Shown here piece by piece: positions 19,405 to 28,846 of a stretch of DNA of 64,000 nucleotides. Below the pieces are notes generated by a model. The model did not search any database. It was given only the letters and a program-made list of their open reading frames with translations, and was not told the DNA's origin. How positions within the stretch are numbered: position 1 is the stretch's first letter; each line of letters begins with the position of its first letter. This stretch comes from a virus. Made by a program: the position numbers and the translations under genes. The stretch covers positions 49,158 to 113,157 of IMG/VR virus record IMGVR_UViG_3300032282_001564. One strand, 5' to 3'.

Positions 19405-20607
19405 ATGGCGACAGCCAATTTCATTGCAGTACAACCGCAGTCATATGCGGCACAACAAAACGCCCAGTATAACCACTCGGGTTCAAAGTTCGTAGATCTT
19501 GGTACAAGATTTAACAACACAATCTCAAACCTTCCACGCATTAAACAAACAGGTGCTCGTAGTATGATTACGAATGCTTGTAACGAGTTTATAAAAAAGC
19601 ATACCCACCTTACCTGTTTTGAAGACATGGATCTTGCTATTGCTGGCGAGACTTATATGTCAGAAATTCTAATTGACATTACCATTCAGCGTATCCTTAA
19701 CTTGCCTTGGTGTGCAGAAATTCTAACTAACTTCCGTGAAGTGCAAGCAGACCCGATTAAACTTTATGAAGTCACTGCTGGCGGAGACTTAGCAGATCGT
19801 TACCCTGTAGGTACTAAACTGTTTGCTAGTTGGGACGCCCAGCACACCGCTATTGTCTACTGGATTATTGCAGTAATGATCTTTAAACAAGATCCTAAAA
19901 AAGTCAAAGTGCCAAGTATCTTGTACAAGGTTAAAAACCGTGCAGATATCCGTATGAACTTTGTAGGCGGTAATAGCGACAAAGGTAAACTTACACTAGA
20001 CAAGATTGACTTGTTCCGCCAAATGGTACTAGGTGTACGTCTTGACGGCAACACCGAGCCTAAATGGATTGAATCTGAACTTAAACAGCAATACCTTGAA
20101 GGTGCTGATTTGTTTGTAACGGCAGAAAAATTTGGCGATACTCATATGCCAGGTGCAATTAGTCGTATGGCAGAGATTGACAAGTACAGTAGTGACATTA
20201 TTCGTAAGTTTGCACTATACACAACTACTATACCCGCACCCCGCCCAATTGATTCGCAGGAAATCGAGATCATGTGTGCGTGGTTTAACCTTGCCAAAGA
20301 AGATGGCATCGACTACACTGATGACGAAGTAATTAGCATTGGCAATCATTTGCACCATTTGTTTAATGCAGACTTCCATGAGTCTAGTCCGTTCTGGGTT
20401 AAGGTGCGTACAGCCTACGAGCATTGGCATAAGAAATACTATGCTGGCCTACCATCTACACATCAACCCAAGCACATGAAGATGAGTAAGAATTGGAACA
20501 CTGGCGGCACGTTCTTGTGGCACCAACTTACCAAGACTTGGAATGGCCGTATTCCGGCACTAAACTCCAGTACTCCGTTTATGCCTGCTGTAAAGGACTT
20601 GTACTAA
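19405..20607 (+). CDS. ParB/DGQHR-like domain protein
   Basis: 'IDITIQR' and 'WDAQHT' resemble the QR...DGQH(R/T) signatures; GGAG RBS before ATG 19405. Confidence 0.5.
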   Translation: MATANFIAVQPQSYAAQQNAQYNHSGSKFVDLGTRFNNTISNLPRIKQTGARSMITNACNEFIKKHTHLTCFEDMDLAIAGETYMSEILIDITIQRILNLPWCAEILTNFREVQADPIKLYEVTAGGDLADRYPVGTKLFASWDAQHTAIVYWIIAVMIFKQDPKKVKVPSILYKVKNRADIRMNFVGGNSDKGKLTLDKIDLFRQMVLGVRLDGNTEPKWIESELKQQYLEGADLFVTAEKFGDTHMPGAISRMAEIDKYSSDIIRKFALYTTTIPAPRPIDSQEIEIMCAWFNLAKEDGIDYTDDEVISIGNHLHHLFNADFHESSPFWVKVRTAYEHWHKKYYAGLPSTHQPKHMKMSKNWNTGGTFLWHQLTKTWNGRIPALNSSTPFMPAVKDLY

Positions 20608-20608
20608 T

Positions 20609-21205
20609 ATGGATATCCTAGAACAAAACCTAAAAGAGATTAGGCCTAAACGTAAGTCTAGTGTAAAACGCAACGACAAAGCCTATACAGATTGTTTAAC
20701 TACGACTACCGCAGAACTTGAGCGTCTACTAGAACTGTATCGTACTACAGTATTTGATGAAGACATGCGGGCTCGTTTGCTACGTGATAGCATTGACCAT
20801 CATATCCGTCGATACCACGGGTACGCTATCCAAGGCAAAATTAAATCACACTATCATCAAAAGGGTGTGAGTTTAAAAGCCAAGGATACAATCTTTGAAC
20901 ACGTTATTCCAGCGGCACAGGTGCGTGACTTGTTGATTGAAAACAAGCTGTCTATTAATCAAGCACTAAATGTACCTACGTGTCGTGTATCACGCAAAGG
21001 AAATAGTTTGCTTAATGCCAGAGGTATGCATGATCGTAATACTGATCCGTGGAACTTCTTTAAACGCTATAAAGCAGGTATGGCAGACTTAGACAGCGAT
21101 GGTAATACAGTATTCCCAGAGTTTGAAGCATACAATGGTCAATTGGTTACTGATCTTGATACTTGGACTTTGCGTGATCACTTTAACTTGTTTGGCGTAG
21201 TATGA
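20609..21205 (+). CDS. Hypothetical protein, possible HNH-like nuclease
   Basis: 'IFEHVIP' followed by N-containing segment, as in DUF1524-type HNH domains. Confidence 0.4.
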   Translation: MDILEQNLKEIRPKRKSSVKRNDKAYTDCLTTTTAELERLLELYRTTVFDEDMRARLLRDSIDHHIRRYHGYAIQGKIKSHYHQKGVSLKAKDTIFEHVIPAAQVRDLLIENKLSINQALNVPTCRVSRKGNSLLNARGMHDRNTDPWNFFKRYKAGMADLDSDGNTVFPEFEAYNGQLVTDLDTWTLRDHFNLFGVV

Positions 21206-21960
21206 CACCTTTGATTACACAAGAAGTGGCCGTAAACATTGCGGCACATACTCAGATGGCATGGCAGTACGGAGCACCAAATGATGATGCAGGTGAAATT
21301 ATAATCACCTGCGGACTTAAACCTTGGTATCCCGAAGCCGAACAGCGTGGCGGATCAACAACTATCGTTGACGTTAAAGTTGGACGTATAGCCTACGACA
21401 TTAAGTGTAGAGATGTCTTAGGCATCTTTTTAAAAGAGCATAGTGATAAACAAAAAGCACGAGCTCCGGGCAAAGAATATCATAAAATCAATGACACACT
21501 ATTTGTTAGTTTACCTAAGTCGGTAGTTAGTCCTGTACGACGTCCAAGTGTAGATCTTGAAAACTACACAGGCGATTGTCAACGCATTATGACCGAGCAA
21601 ATTGCTGAGTATAGAGCTTATGCTAATCGTACCATGACTGAAGCTGGATGTAACGAACTTAGGAGTGTGCTGTTGCTCTACGGAGAAAAGAATGGCTACA
21701 AGGCCATGTATGTTGAAGAACAGGCATTTGGTACACCCACGCCCGACTCTTATGCAACAGGCAAAGGATATCATGCCTACGACAGCAATAACAAGCTCTT
21801 GTATGAAATCCTGGACTATAGCAAGGGCAGTAGTAACTTCAACAAACGGTTTGATTGCACTACAGGATACCTTTTTGTTTGGCCCAGCCAAGCATTGGGT
21901 ACGCAAATTAGCACCCTGGAAACCTGGGAAAAAATGGGGAATTTTGCCCTAAAACTATAG
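21202..21960 (+). CDS. Hypothetical protein, possible PD-(D/E)XK nuclease
   Basis: 'GE...IVDVKVGRIAYDIKC' fits E...D...DxK. Confidence 0.4.
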   Translation: MTPLITQEVAVNIAAHTQMAWQYGAPNDDAGEIIITCGLKPWYPEAEQRGGSTTIVDVKVGRIAYDIKCRDVLGIFLKEHSDKQKARAPGKEYHKINDTLFVSLPKSVVSPVRRPSVDLENYTGDCQRIMTEQIAEYRAYANRTMTEAGCNELRSVLLLYGEKNGYKAMYVEEQAFGTPTPDSYATGKGYHAYDSNNKLLYEILDYSKGSSNFNKRFDCTTGYLFVWPSQALGTQISTLETWEKMGNFALKL

Positions 21961-21983
21961 TGTTGCGAAAAAACCACACGTAC

Positions 21984-22007
21984 AAGCCCCTGTTTATGGG
22001 GCTTTTT
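21984..22007 (+). terminator. Intrinsic terminator
   Basis: AAGCCCC-TGTTTAT-GGGGCTT followed by a T run. Confidence 0.8.
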
Positions 22008-22023
22008 GCCCTAAAAATTTCGG

Positions 22024-22052
22024 TTGAGCCATAATTCCCAAAATGCTATACT
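22024..22052 (+). promoter_or_regulatory. Sigma70-type promoter with extended -10
   Basis: TTGAGC, 17 bp, TGcTATACT; palindromic box at 21961-21978 upstream. Confidence 0.7.
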
Positions 22053-22083
22053 ATGGGTATAGTAATTAATAAGGAGCTAGAAA

Positions 22084-22347
22084 ATGCTGAAATTTGAAAA
22101 CATTGCTAAAATTGGTGACACTATCCGTGCATACGATTTTAAACCCATGGTTGGCCGTGAAGACTGCTATGTCGAAGGTGTTGTTAAGAAAGTCGACAAC
22201 CGTGGCTATGACTGTTTTGTGATTGACGTTACTTACGACTCGTGGAGCGACGCCGAAGACAAAGGCCGTGTTGGCAAAGAAGTTCTTGTTCCGTTTGAAG
22301 TCAGTTTCATGGAATTTGATGCTCGTGTTATGAACTTGAGCCGTTAA
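22084..22347 (+). CDS. Hypothetical protein
   Basis: 87 aa with a strong AAGGAG RBS. Confidence 0.8.
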   Translation: MLKFENIAKIGDTIRAYDFKPMVGREDCYVEGVVKKVDNRGYDCFVIDVTYDSWSDAEDKGRVGKEVLVPFEVSFMEFDARVMNLSR

Positions 22348-22351
22348 GGCG

Positions 22352-22380
22352 TTGACGATTAATTGCCAATAAGATATAAT
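22352..22380 (+). promoter_or_regulatory. Sigma70 promoter
   Basis: TTGACG, 17 bp, TATAAT. Confidence 0.8.
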
Positions 22381-22411
22381 AGAACTGTAACAACTTTTTA
22401 AGGAACCTGTG

Positions 22412-23521
22412 ATGAGCAATACTATTAGTGAGAATCGTACCGTTACCCCAAATGAATGCCGTAGCCGTTTGCTTCGTGCGTTCAAAGTAAAACGTCCTGT
22501 TTTTATTTGGGGTCCTCCCGGAATTGGCAAATCAGAATTGGTTGCTGGACTAACCGAAGAACTTGGTGGTCATTGCATCGACTTGCGTCTAGGCCAGATG
22601 GAGCCCACTGACTTGCGTGGTATCCCGTTTTATAATAAAGATTTGGGCAAGATGGATTGGGCTGAGCCCGTGGATCTGCCAACTGAAGAAATGGCTAAGG
22701 ACTATCCTATTATTACCTTGTTCTTGGATGAGATGAACGTGGCGGCTCCTGCTGTACAAGCGGCGGCGTATCAGTTGATTCTTAACCGTCGCCTAGGCAA
22801 ATATAAATTGCCGGACAATGTTGTGCTGGTTGCCGCAGGTAACCGCGAAAGCGACAAAGGTGTTAGTTTCCGTATGCCAATGCCGTTGGCAAACCGTTTC
22901 GTTCACTTGGAAGTACGTGCCGACTACGACAGCTGGAACGAATGGGCTGTTAAGAATCGTGTACACAAAGACGTGGTAGGTTACATTGGTTTTGCCAAAC
23001 AAGACTTGATGGACTTTAACCCACGCTCGGCATCACGTGCCTTTGCTACTCCACGTTCATGGAGCTTCGTGTCCGAATTCTTGTACGACAATGATGCTAC
23101 TGACCCAGAATTGAGCGATTTGATTGCTGGTACTATTGGTGACGGCTTGGCTATTAAGTTCATGGCTCACCGTAAACACGCAGGTCAGATGCCTAAGCCT
23201 GAAGATATCTTGCACGGTAAGGTTAAAGAACTTAAAGTCAAAGAAGTGTCAGCTATGTACTCGTTGACTGTTTCTATGTGCTATGAGCTTCAAGACGCAT
23301 TTACTAAACTTGGTAAATCTAAGATTAGCGAATGGCATGAAATGGCAGATAACTTCTTCCGCTTTATGATGGATAACTTTAGCACTGAGTTGGTTGTTAT
23401 GGGTGCTCGTGTTGCACTTACTACATACAACCTGCCCCTGGTGCCAGGTAAGCTCAAGAACTTTGACGAGTTCCACAAACGCTTCGGCAAGTACATTATT
23501 GCCGCAGGCGGTAAGAACTAA
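22412..23521 (+). CDS. MoxR-like AAA+ ATPase
   Basis: Walker A GPPGIGKS, Walker B LFLDEMN, 'AAGN', 'LANRF', 'TPRSW'. Confidence 0.9.
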   Translation: MSNTISENRTVTPNECRSRLLRAFKVKRPVFIWGPPGIGKSELVAGLTEELGGHCIDLRLGQMEPTDLRGIPFYNKDLGKMDWAEPVDLPTEEMAKDYPIITLFLDEMNVAAPAVQAAAYQLILNRRLGKYKLPDNVVLVAAGNRESDKGVSFRMPMPLANRFVHLEVRADYDSWNEWAVKNRVHKDVVGYIGFAKQDLMDFNPRSASRAFATPRSWSFVSEFLYDNDATDPELSDLIAGTIGDGLAIKFMAHRKHAGQMPKPEDILHGKVKELKVKEVSAMYSLTVSMCYELQDAFTKLGKSKISEWHEMADNFFRFMMDNFSTELVVMGARVALTTYNLPLVPGKLKNFDEFHKRFGKYIIAAGGKN

Positions 23522-23538
23522 AGGTTGCTGTCACAGGC

Positions 23539-23574
23539 AAGGAGGCAGGAGAAATCCGTAAGCCCTCCTTTTTT
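23539..23574 (+). terminator. Terminator-like hairpin
   Basis: AAGGAGG pairs with CCTCCTT, followed by TTTT; inner GGA-GAAA-TCC hairpin. Confidence 0.6.
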
Positions 23575-23577
23575 ACT

Positions 23578-23775
23578 ATGAACTACGACTTTTGCCCCGA
23601 ATTAGATACCCCAGAGATCTGTGTAATAATGGATCGTAAGTGGTGGGTAGAAAACAAGGATGCAATTGGTGCTTGGTTAGGCGAAGATAAGATAGCTCTA
23701 GGACAGATGATGTTATATATTCCCAAGCCAGCAGATCGTACCTACTTTATGTTACGGTGGCCACAATGCTCATAG
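23578..23775 (+). CDS. Hypothetical protein
   Basis: 65-aa ORF ending in 'YFMLRW', a common small phage-protein ending. Confidence 0.65.
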   Translation: MNYDFCPELDTPEICVIMDRKWWVENKDAIGAWLGEDKIALGQMMLYIPKPADRTYFMLRWPQCS

Positions 23776-24050
23776 AAGCAATAGTGTTAGCAGTTGGTGT
23801 TGGTAGTGTAGTTAGCTACGAAACTACTGGCAAAGGCCTAGCTGACCATGCAATTAGTAGTGTAACCAACAAAGATTGTAAAATAGCAAGGGTCGTACAT
23901 AATGAACAAGTGTGCCAAACTACTGAACCACAAGGATCTGTTATTGTATCAGCGCCAAACCCTCCAGTGGCTAGCAACACTATCGCAAGGGCCAACGACA
24001 TCTTCGCAGAGCGAGCAAGGAAGTACAATGAAGGTAACAAAACTAGATAA
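23766..24050 (+). CDS. Hypothetical membrane/secreted protein
   Basis: Hydrophobic N-terminus, 'TTGKGLADHAIS...DC'. Confidence 0.65.
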   Translation: MLIEAIVLAVGVGSVVSYETTGKGLADHAISSVTNKDCKIARVVHNEQVCQTTEPQGSVIVSAPNPPVASNTIARANDIFAERARKYNEGNKTR

Positions 24051-24333
24051 GCGACATACCGGATATGGTAAATTTATGTATTCGGTTGATGCCGGCGGAA
24101 ACGGGCCTGCTACAGTTGTAATCCTACATCGTTGGAGAGAATGGTGTTGGCAAGTATATGGCCCTGGTATTGAATTGCGTTTTATTGCATCCAACGATGG
24201 ATATCGTATGGGAAAGACCATGGGCATTGATCTTCCAGATCGGTGGGCTTGGCAAACCGAGTTTGGGAACCATAAACTGTATTTTAAAGATGAAGAAACA
24301 ATGAGCGGATTCTTGTTTCAGTGGAGTAAATAA
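24028..24333 (+). CDS. Hypothetical protein
   Basis: ATG at 24028 after AAGGAAG; 'WREWCWQVYG'. Confidence 0.65.
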   Translation: MKVTKLDKRHTGYGKFMYSVDAGGNGPATVVILHRWREWCWQVYGPGIELRFIASNDGYRMGKTMGIDLPDRWAWQTEFGNHKLYFKDEETMSGFLFQWSK

Positions 24334-24334
24334 C

Positions 24335-24379
24335 CGTTGTTTTTTAGCCACAGACAGTTAATTCCCATAATGTTATAAT
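24335..24379 (+). promoter_or_regulatory. Palindromic operator-like box plus promoter
   Basis: CGTTG-TTTTTTAG-CCACA (24335-24352) overlapping CAGACA, 17 bp, TGtTATAAT. Confidence 0.6.
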
Positions 24380-24405
24380 ATAAGTATTGTAAAGGAGCCC
24401 TTCAA

Positions 24406-25662
24406 ATGTCAGACACTACACTATCAGAAAAAAGCAAAGCAGTCACAGTTACTGATCCCAAAATTGATGCCGCCGCTAAAGAAAAATTGGTAACGGCACG
24501 TATTGGTTTGCTACTCCGTGCTCCGTTTTTTGGCAATCTTGCTACACGCCTAACTCTTATTAATGCCGACGATTGGTGCCCTACTGCCGCAACCGACGGA
24601 CGTCGTTTTTATTACAATAGCCAATTTGTCAATGCACTTCCGCTCAAACAATTAGAGTTCCTAGTTGGCCACGAAGTATTGCATGCCGTTTATGATCACA
24701 TGGGACGTCGTGGCAATCGTGATCCTAAATTGTGGAATATTGCTGATGACTATTGTGTAAACTGGGACTTGGTAGAACAGCGTGTTGGCGATAAAATTCC
24801 AATCGCCCTGTACGATCAGAAATACAAAGGCATGAGTGCCGAAGAAGTCTACGATGACTTGTACGAAAACGCAGACAAAATTAATGTTGACGAACTATTA
24901 AAACGTCTATTGGACGAGCACTTGGATGGCGAAGGCGATAGCGATGGCGAAGGTGATGGCGACAAGCCCGGTAACGGTCGCCCTAAACTCAGCGAAGAAG
25001 AAAAGAAGGCTATCCGTGACGAGATTAAAGATGCTGTACTAAATGCGGCTAATGCCGCAGGTGCTGGCAATATCCCTGGTGGTGTTAAACGTCTTATTAA
25101 GGACTTGACTGAGCCAGTTATTAGTTGGAAAGAACTGTTGCCCCAGCAGATTGAATCGTGCATCAAGTCTGACTTTACTTGGATTCGTCCTAGCCGTAGA
25201 GGTTGGCATATGGATGCAGTTATGCCTGGTATGAAGCCCGGCGAGCAGATTGATGTTGTTATTGGTATTGACACGTCTGGTTCTATTACTGACAACGATC
25301 TTAAGATTTTCTTGAGTGAAATCAAAGGTATTATGGAATCCTACGATGAGTACAAGATCCATGTACTGGGTTGGGACACTGAAGTTCATAACCACGAAAT
25401 CTTTACTAGCGACAACCTAGAAGATATTAGCTCGTTTGAACCTGGCGGTGGCGGTGGTACAGATCCGCATTGTGTTTGGAATTGGTTGCAAGAGAATCAA
25501 ATCGAACCCAAGAAGCTGATTATGTTTACTGACTTCTGTTTCTTTGGTTGGAGCCCAGCAGAAGTTGAGCAGTATTGCGATACTGTTTGGATCATCAAAG
25601 GCAACAAATCAGCAGAGCCCGAGTTTGGCGTGTATGCTCACTACGAGGACGCAGAAAAATGA
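24406..25662 (+). CDS. Metallopeptidase-like/VWA domain protein (DUF2201 type), MoxR partner
   Basis: 'TAATDG', HEVLH zincin motif, MIDAS DTSGS, 'GGGTD', 'FTD'. Confidence 0.85.
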   Translation: MSDTTLSEKSKAVTVTDPKIDAAAKEKLVTARIGLLLRAPFFGNLATRLTLINADDWCPTAATDGRRFYYNSQFVNALPLKQLEFLVGHEVLHAVYDHMGRRGNRDPKLWNIADDYCVNWDLVEQRVGDKIPIALYDQKYKGMSAEEVYDDLYENADKINVDELLKRLLDEHLDGEGDSDGEGDGDKPGNGRPKLSEEEKKAIRDEIKDAVLNAANAAGAGNIPGGVKRLIKDLTEPVISWKELLPQQIESCIKSDFTWIRPSRRGWHMDAVMPGMKPGEQIDVVIGIDTSGSITDNDLKIFLSEIKGIMESYDEYKIHVLGWDTEVHNHEIFTSDNLEDISSFEPGGGGGTDPHCVWNWLQENQIEPKKLIMFTDFCFFGWSPAEVEQYCDTVWIIKGNKSAEPEFGVYAHYEDAEK

Positions 25663-25820
25663 TGTCACAAATGGAAAAATGTATTGTTGGTCTTTTTGCC
25701 TCTATCATTGTCATAATGTTTTTAGGCGCAGGTATTGCCGCAGACCAACGTAATAACTGTAGACTAGAATTGGCCAAGGCTGGCCGTAGTGTCGAAGACA
25801 TTGTAAAGATCTGCCCATGA
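25659..25820 (+). CDS. Small membrane protein
   Basis: One transmembrane stretch; overlapping start/stop. Confidence 0.6.
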   Translation: MMSQMEKCIVGLFASIIVIMFLGAGIAADQRNNCRLELAKAGRSVEDIVKICP

Positions 25821-25999
25821 ACGAACGTATACTGGAACTGATGCGACAGGCAGACTATCCTGCTCCAGAGATTGCCCTACGTGCTCAGAAGTTGGCCGAG
25901 TTGATTGTGCGGGAATGTGCTGATATTGCGTCAATGAATCAATTTCAGTATGATTCTGTTGGTAACTATGTGTTGAAACATTTCGGAGTTGAAGAATGA
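25817..25999 (+). CDS. Hypothetical protein
   Basis: 'MNERI.EL...AELIVRECA...KHFGVEE', a recurrent small phage family. Confidence 0.7.
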   Translation: MNERILELMRQADYPAPEIALRAQKLAELIVRECADIASMNQFQYDSVGNYVLKHFGVEE

Positions 26000-26232
26000 C
26001 ATTTACTGTAAGCGAAACACCGTGGGTCACTTTGCGTCAAGGTGATCCCAGTTTTCAACTACAAGGTACTTACGCTTTAACTACTCGTGCTGGTATTGAA
26101 ATTACACAGGACTGCCCGAAACATTTAGTTGATAATATTACCTGGGCTATAAATCAAGGTTGGCTCGAAGCTGTAGCATTTGTACCAAAAACAGATCCTA
26201 CGCTGATATGGGATACTTTAAAAAATGAATAA
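25996..26232 (+). CDS. Hypothetical protein
   Basis: Coupled ORF. Confidence 0.65.
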   Translation: MTFTVSETPWVTLRQGDPSFQLQGTYALTTRAGIEITQDCPKHLVDNITWAINQGWLEAVAFVPKTDPTLIWDTLKNE

Positions 26233-26443
26233 ACCGCGTTCAGCAAACGGTAAAACTGGATTACTAATCAGACTGTATAACGGTACTTACTGTTTTCGAG
26301 TGTATAATCGAGACAACACTTTTACTGATTACGATTTACTTCACAGTGACTTATGTGTTACAATTAAAGACAAAGATGCGTTCTTTTATCGAGACGCAAA
26401 TGGTAGTAGTTTAGATCACAGTCCCGCAACCCTAGGAAAATAA
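26225..26443 (+). CDS. Hypothetical protein
   Basis: Coupled ORF. Confidence 0.65.
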   Translation: MNKPRSANGKTGLLIRLYNGTYCFRVYNRDNTFTDYDLLHSDLCVTIKDKDAFFYRDANGSSLDHSPATLGK

Positions 26444-26444
26444 A

Positions 26445-26735
26445 ATGGAATTCCAAGACCCAACTAAATTAAAACCCAAAGCCGCACGTGAGCTGTCGTT
26501 GACTTTGCAAAAACGTATTCTTAAACTAGAGAATACTCTAGACGATTTGATGCGTAGTGTTGAAATTGCACAATACACTAAACAGTATAATGTCACTGAA
26601 GTCTTTGTACGTGATGCCGAAGAACTGCTAAAGGATCGTTTGGTTCTGCCGGAGATTAATCAAGCAAATACCAAGTACACTTTAGTCGAAGGTGAAATAA
26701 GTCAAGAAACCATCGATAAAATTAAATCTAAATAA
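26445..26735 (+). CDS. Hypothetical protein
   Basis: Coupled ORF. Confidence 0.65.
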   Translation: MEFQDPTKLKPKAARELSLTLQKRILKLENTLDDLMRSVEIAQYTKQYNVTEVFVRDAEELLKDRLVLPEINQANTKYTLVEGEISQETIDKIKSK

Positions 26736-27022
26736 TGCTTAAATACGGCGAAGTTAATCCGTTGTCAGTCTTTGGACTGAGAGAATTAGACTATTGTCCG
26801 CCCCATTTTACTCGGGTAGACTTTGCACTTAAGACCAACGAAAAAATAATTTCGGATTGGATTTGGGCAAACTTAGAAGGCCGTTTTTGGTATGGCGATC
26901 ATTACTACAAAGAAGAAAATACAGTACAGTTTACCAAATCTGTAGCATTCGAAAACGCCGGTGAAGCCAGTATGTTTGCTCTGATACTGGACCAAATTAA
27001 TAAGAGCAATTACGACTTCTAA
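26735..27022 (+). CDS. Hypothetical protein
   Basis: Coupled ORF. Confidence 0.7.
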   Translation: MLKYGEVNPLSVFGLRELDYCPPHFTRVDFALKTNEKIISDWIWANLEGRFWYGDHYYKEENTVQFTKSVAFENAGEASMFALILDQINKSNYDF

Positions 27023-27083
27023 GAAAATTTTTCCAGTGTCTTCGTAAGTAGTAAATATATGCATAGTTTACTACGGAGATACT

Positions 27084-27338
27084 ATGTCAGACCAAGCACA
27101 ACAAGATCAAGCACCAGCACAAGAGCCGGTACAATTAAAGATAGCAGACTTGCTATTAGCGGCACAAGTTATTCAACTTGTTAGCCAGCGTGGCGCAATT
27201 AAGCCAGAAGAATTCACACAAGTAGGTGGACTGTATGAGCGCCTTGTAGCGTTCCTACAAGCCAGCGGTGCAATACAACCACCGTCTGCAGACGCACCTG
27301 CTGGTGAACAGCCAGCTGAAGAATTGCCAGCGGCATAA
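27084..27338 (+). CDS. Hypothetical protein
   Basis: GGAG RBS; 'SQRGAIKPEE...VGGLYERL'. Confidence 0.75.
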   Translation: MSDQAQQDQAPAQEPVQLKIADLLLAAQVIQLVSQRGAIKPEEFTQVGGLYERLVAFLQASGAIQPPSADAPAGEQPAEELPAA

Positions 27339-27352
27339 TAAGGAAAATCAAA

Positions 27353-28051
27353 ATGATTAAACACGTCGGTAAACACAATAACAAGAAAATTGTTATACTA
27401 TGGCGCAAAGTACCAAACGAAGACCATATGTCTTTAGTTTGCTACAGCGACACTCTTCCAAGATTAATTCATGACGAAGTTATGAAGGCATTGGAAAGTG
27501 CAATTGGCCAGAACGCTAAAGATTTTAGCGATGTATTATTCCGCACCGTAATGGGTGATGGTCGTAATGCATTAGAAGTAATGCACAAAGAAGGATTTAT
27601 CAAGAAGGTCCCAGCTAGCCAAGTATTAGTGACACCGACTGCAAAATCAAGTGTGCGATTAGATGAATTAAACAACATCTTAGACGAAATGGAAAAAGGT
27701 GAAGAGGCTATTAAGCGTCTTTCAGACATTGACAAAAACTCTGGATTGCAAACCAAGAAACGTCGTACTGAAGGTCGCGAAGTTGGAATGCCTCCTAACA
27801 ATGCTAGTGTAAGCAGAACTAACATTGATGTTGAAGCAACAGATAGTGCCGCGGCATATCTTAAAGGTGCGTTAAGCGACAGCGACTTGGCCGAGCAACG
27901 ACTAAGCCAAGCCCAGCAAATGCAAAAACAAGCCGAGCAGTTATTGGCTGAAGCAAAACGCTTAACAGAAGAAGCGAAATCACTATCACCTGCGAAAAAT
28001 GTCACAACAAAAACCAAAAAAACCGCGACTACCAAAAAGCAAGCGGCTTAA
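27353..28051 (+). CDS. Hypothetical protein with coiled-coil and basic tail
   Basis: AAGGA RBS; 232 aa. Confidence 0.75.
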   Translation: MIKHVGKHNNKKIVILWRKVPNEDHMSLVCYSDTLPRLIHDEVMKALESAIGQNAKDFSDVLFRTVMGDGRNALEVMHKEGFIKKVPASQVLVTPTAKSSVRLDELNNILDEMEKGEEAIKRLSDIDKNSGLQTKKRRTEGREVGMPPNNASVSRTNIDVEATDSAAAYLKGALSDSDLAEQRLSQAQQMQKQAEQLLAEAKRLTEEAKSLSPAKNVTTKTKKTATTKKQAA

Positions 28052-28343
28052 CTTTAGTAGAAAAGACCAATGGGAAAAGTTACTCAAAGAAGTAAAGAAA
28101 GAGCAGGTTCCCATTGGCGTGTTACGTTACATTACTGTTAATCTCAAAGACGGGACCAGTGTCGATGTTAACATTGAAGAAATGTTAGCAGAAGGTGCCG
28201 ATCCTGTTCATGTTGAACATTTAATTAACAGTAAACTAAATGCTCTCGACGACATTATTAAAGATGTCGACTTTCATATCAGCGTTGATAGTGTAGCCAA
28301 CGTAGTACAACCTTTCACAGATCAATTACTTAAGGACCTATGA
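27999..28343 (+). CDS. Hypothetical protein
   Basis: 114 aa, coupled to DHFR. Confidence 0.7.
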   Translation: MSQQKPKKPRLPKSKRLNFSRKDQWEKLLKEVKKEQVPIGVLRYITVNLKDGTSVDVNIEEMLAEGADPVHVEHLINSKLNALDDIIKDVDFHISVDSVANVVQPFTDQLLKDL

Positions 28344-28846
28344 TTAATGCCATATTTGCCGTTGACTTCAACGGCGGTATGGGGTTTAACGGTACATTAC
28401 CGTGGCCTCATAACAGTGAAGATTTAAAGCATTTCCAAAAATTAACAGATGGACATGTTGTAGTCTGCGGACGTAAGACTTGGGACGATCCAAAAATGCC
28501 CAAGCCTCTTAACGGTCGCATTGTGTATGTAGCAACCCATAGGCCTGTTGCTTACGCTACACAGGTTACCGGTAACATAGTTGAAGAGATTGTAAAAATT
28601 GAACAACGGCATTCAGATAAAAAAATCTTTGTCATAGGCGGTGCCGAAATATTAGAAGCCACTTTGGAATTAACGGATAGGATATACTTGACACACATCA
28701 AGGGTTCGTATAAAGTAGATACTAGAATACATTTAAAAGAATATCTAACAGGATTTGTTCCGGTTAGAGCAGAAGTAAGCAAAGATTTTCAATCAACATT
28801 CACTGTCTATGATCCAATATTTAAACGCATTAAAACAAGTCCTTGA
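28340..28846 (+). CDS. folA: Dihydrofolate reductase
   Basis: 'GMGFNGTLPW', 'EDLKHF', 'GRKTW', 'PLNGR', 'VIGGAEI'. Confidence 0.95.
   Translation: MINAIFAVDFNGGMGFNGTLPWPHNSEDLKHFQKLTDGHVVVCGRKTWDDPKMPKPLNGRIVYVATHRPVAYATQVTGNIVEEIVKIEQRHSDKKIFVIGGAEILEATLELTDRIYLTHIKGSYKVDTRIHLKEYLTGFVPVRAEVSKDFQSTFTVYDPIFKRIKTSP

Noticed and set aside
23521-23575. Self-cleaving ribozyme after the MoxR gene
   Set aside because: It has a GAAA-capped hairpin but no hammerhead, twister or pistol core could be assigned; a terminator is the simpler explanation.
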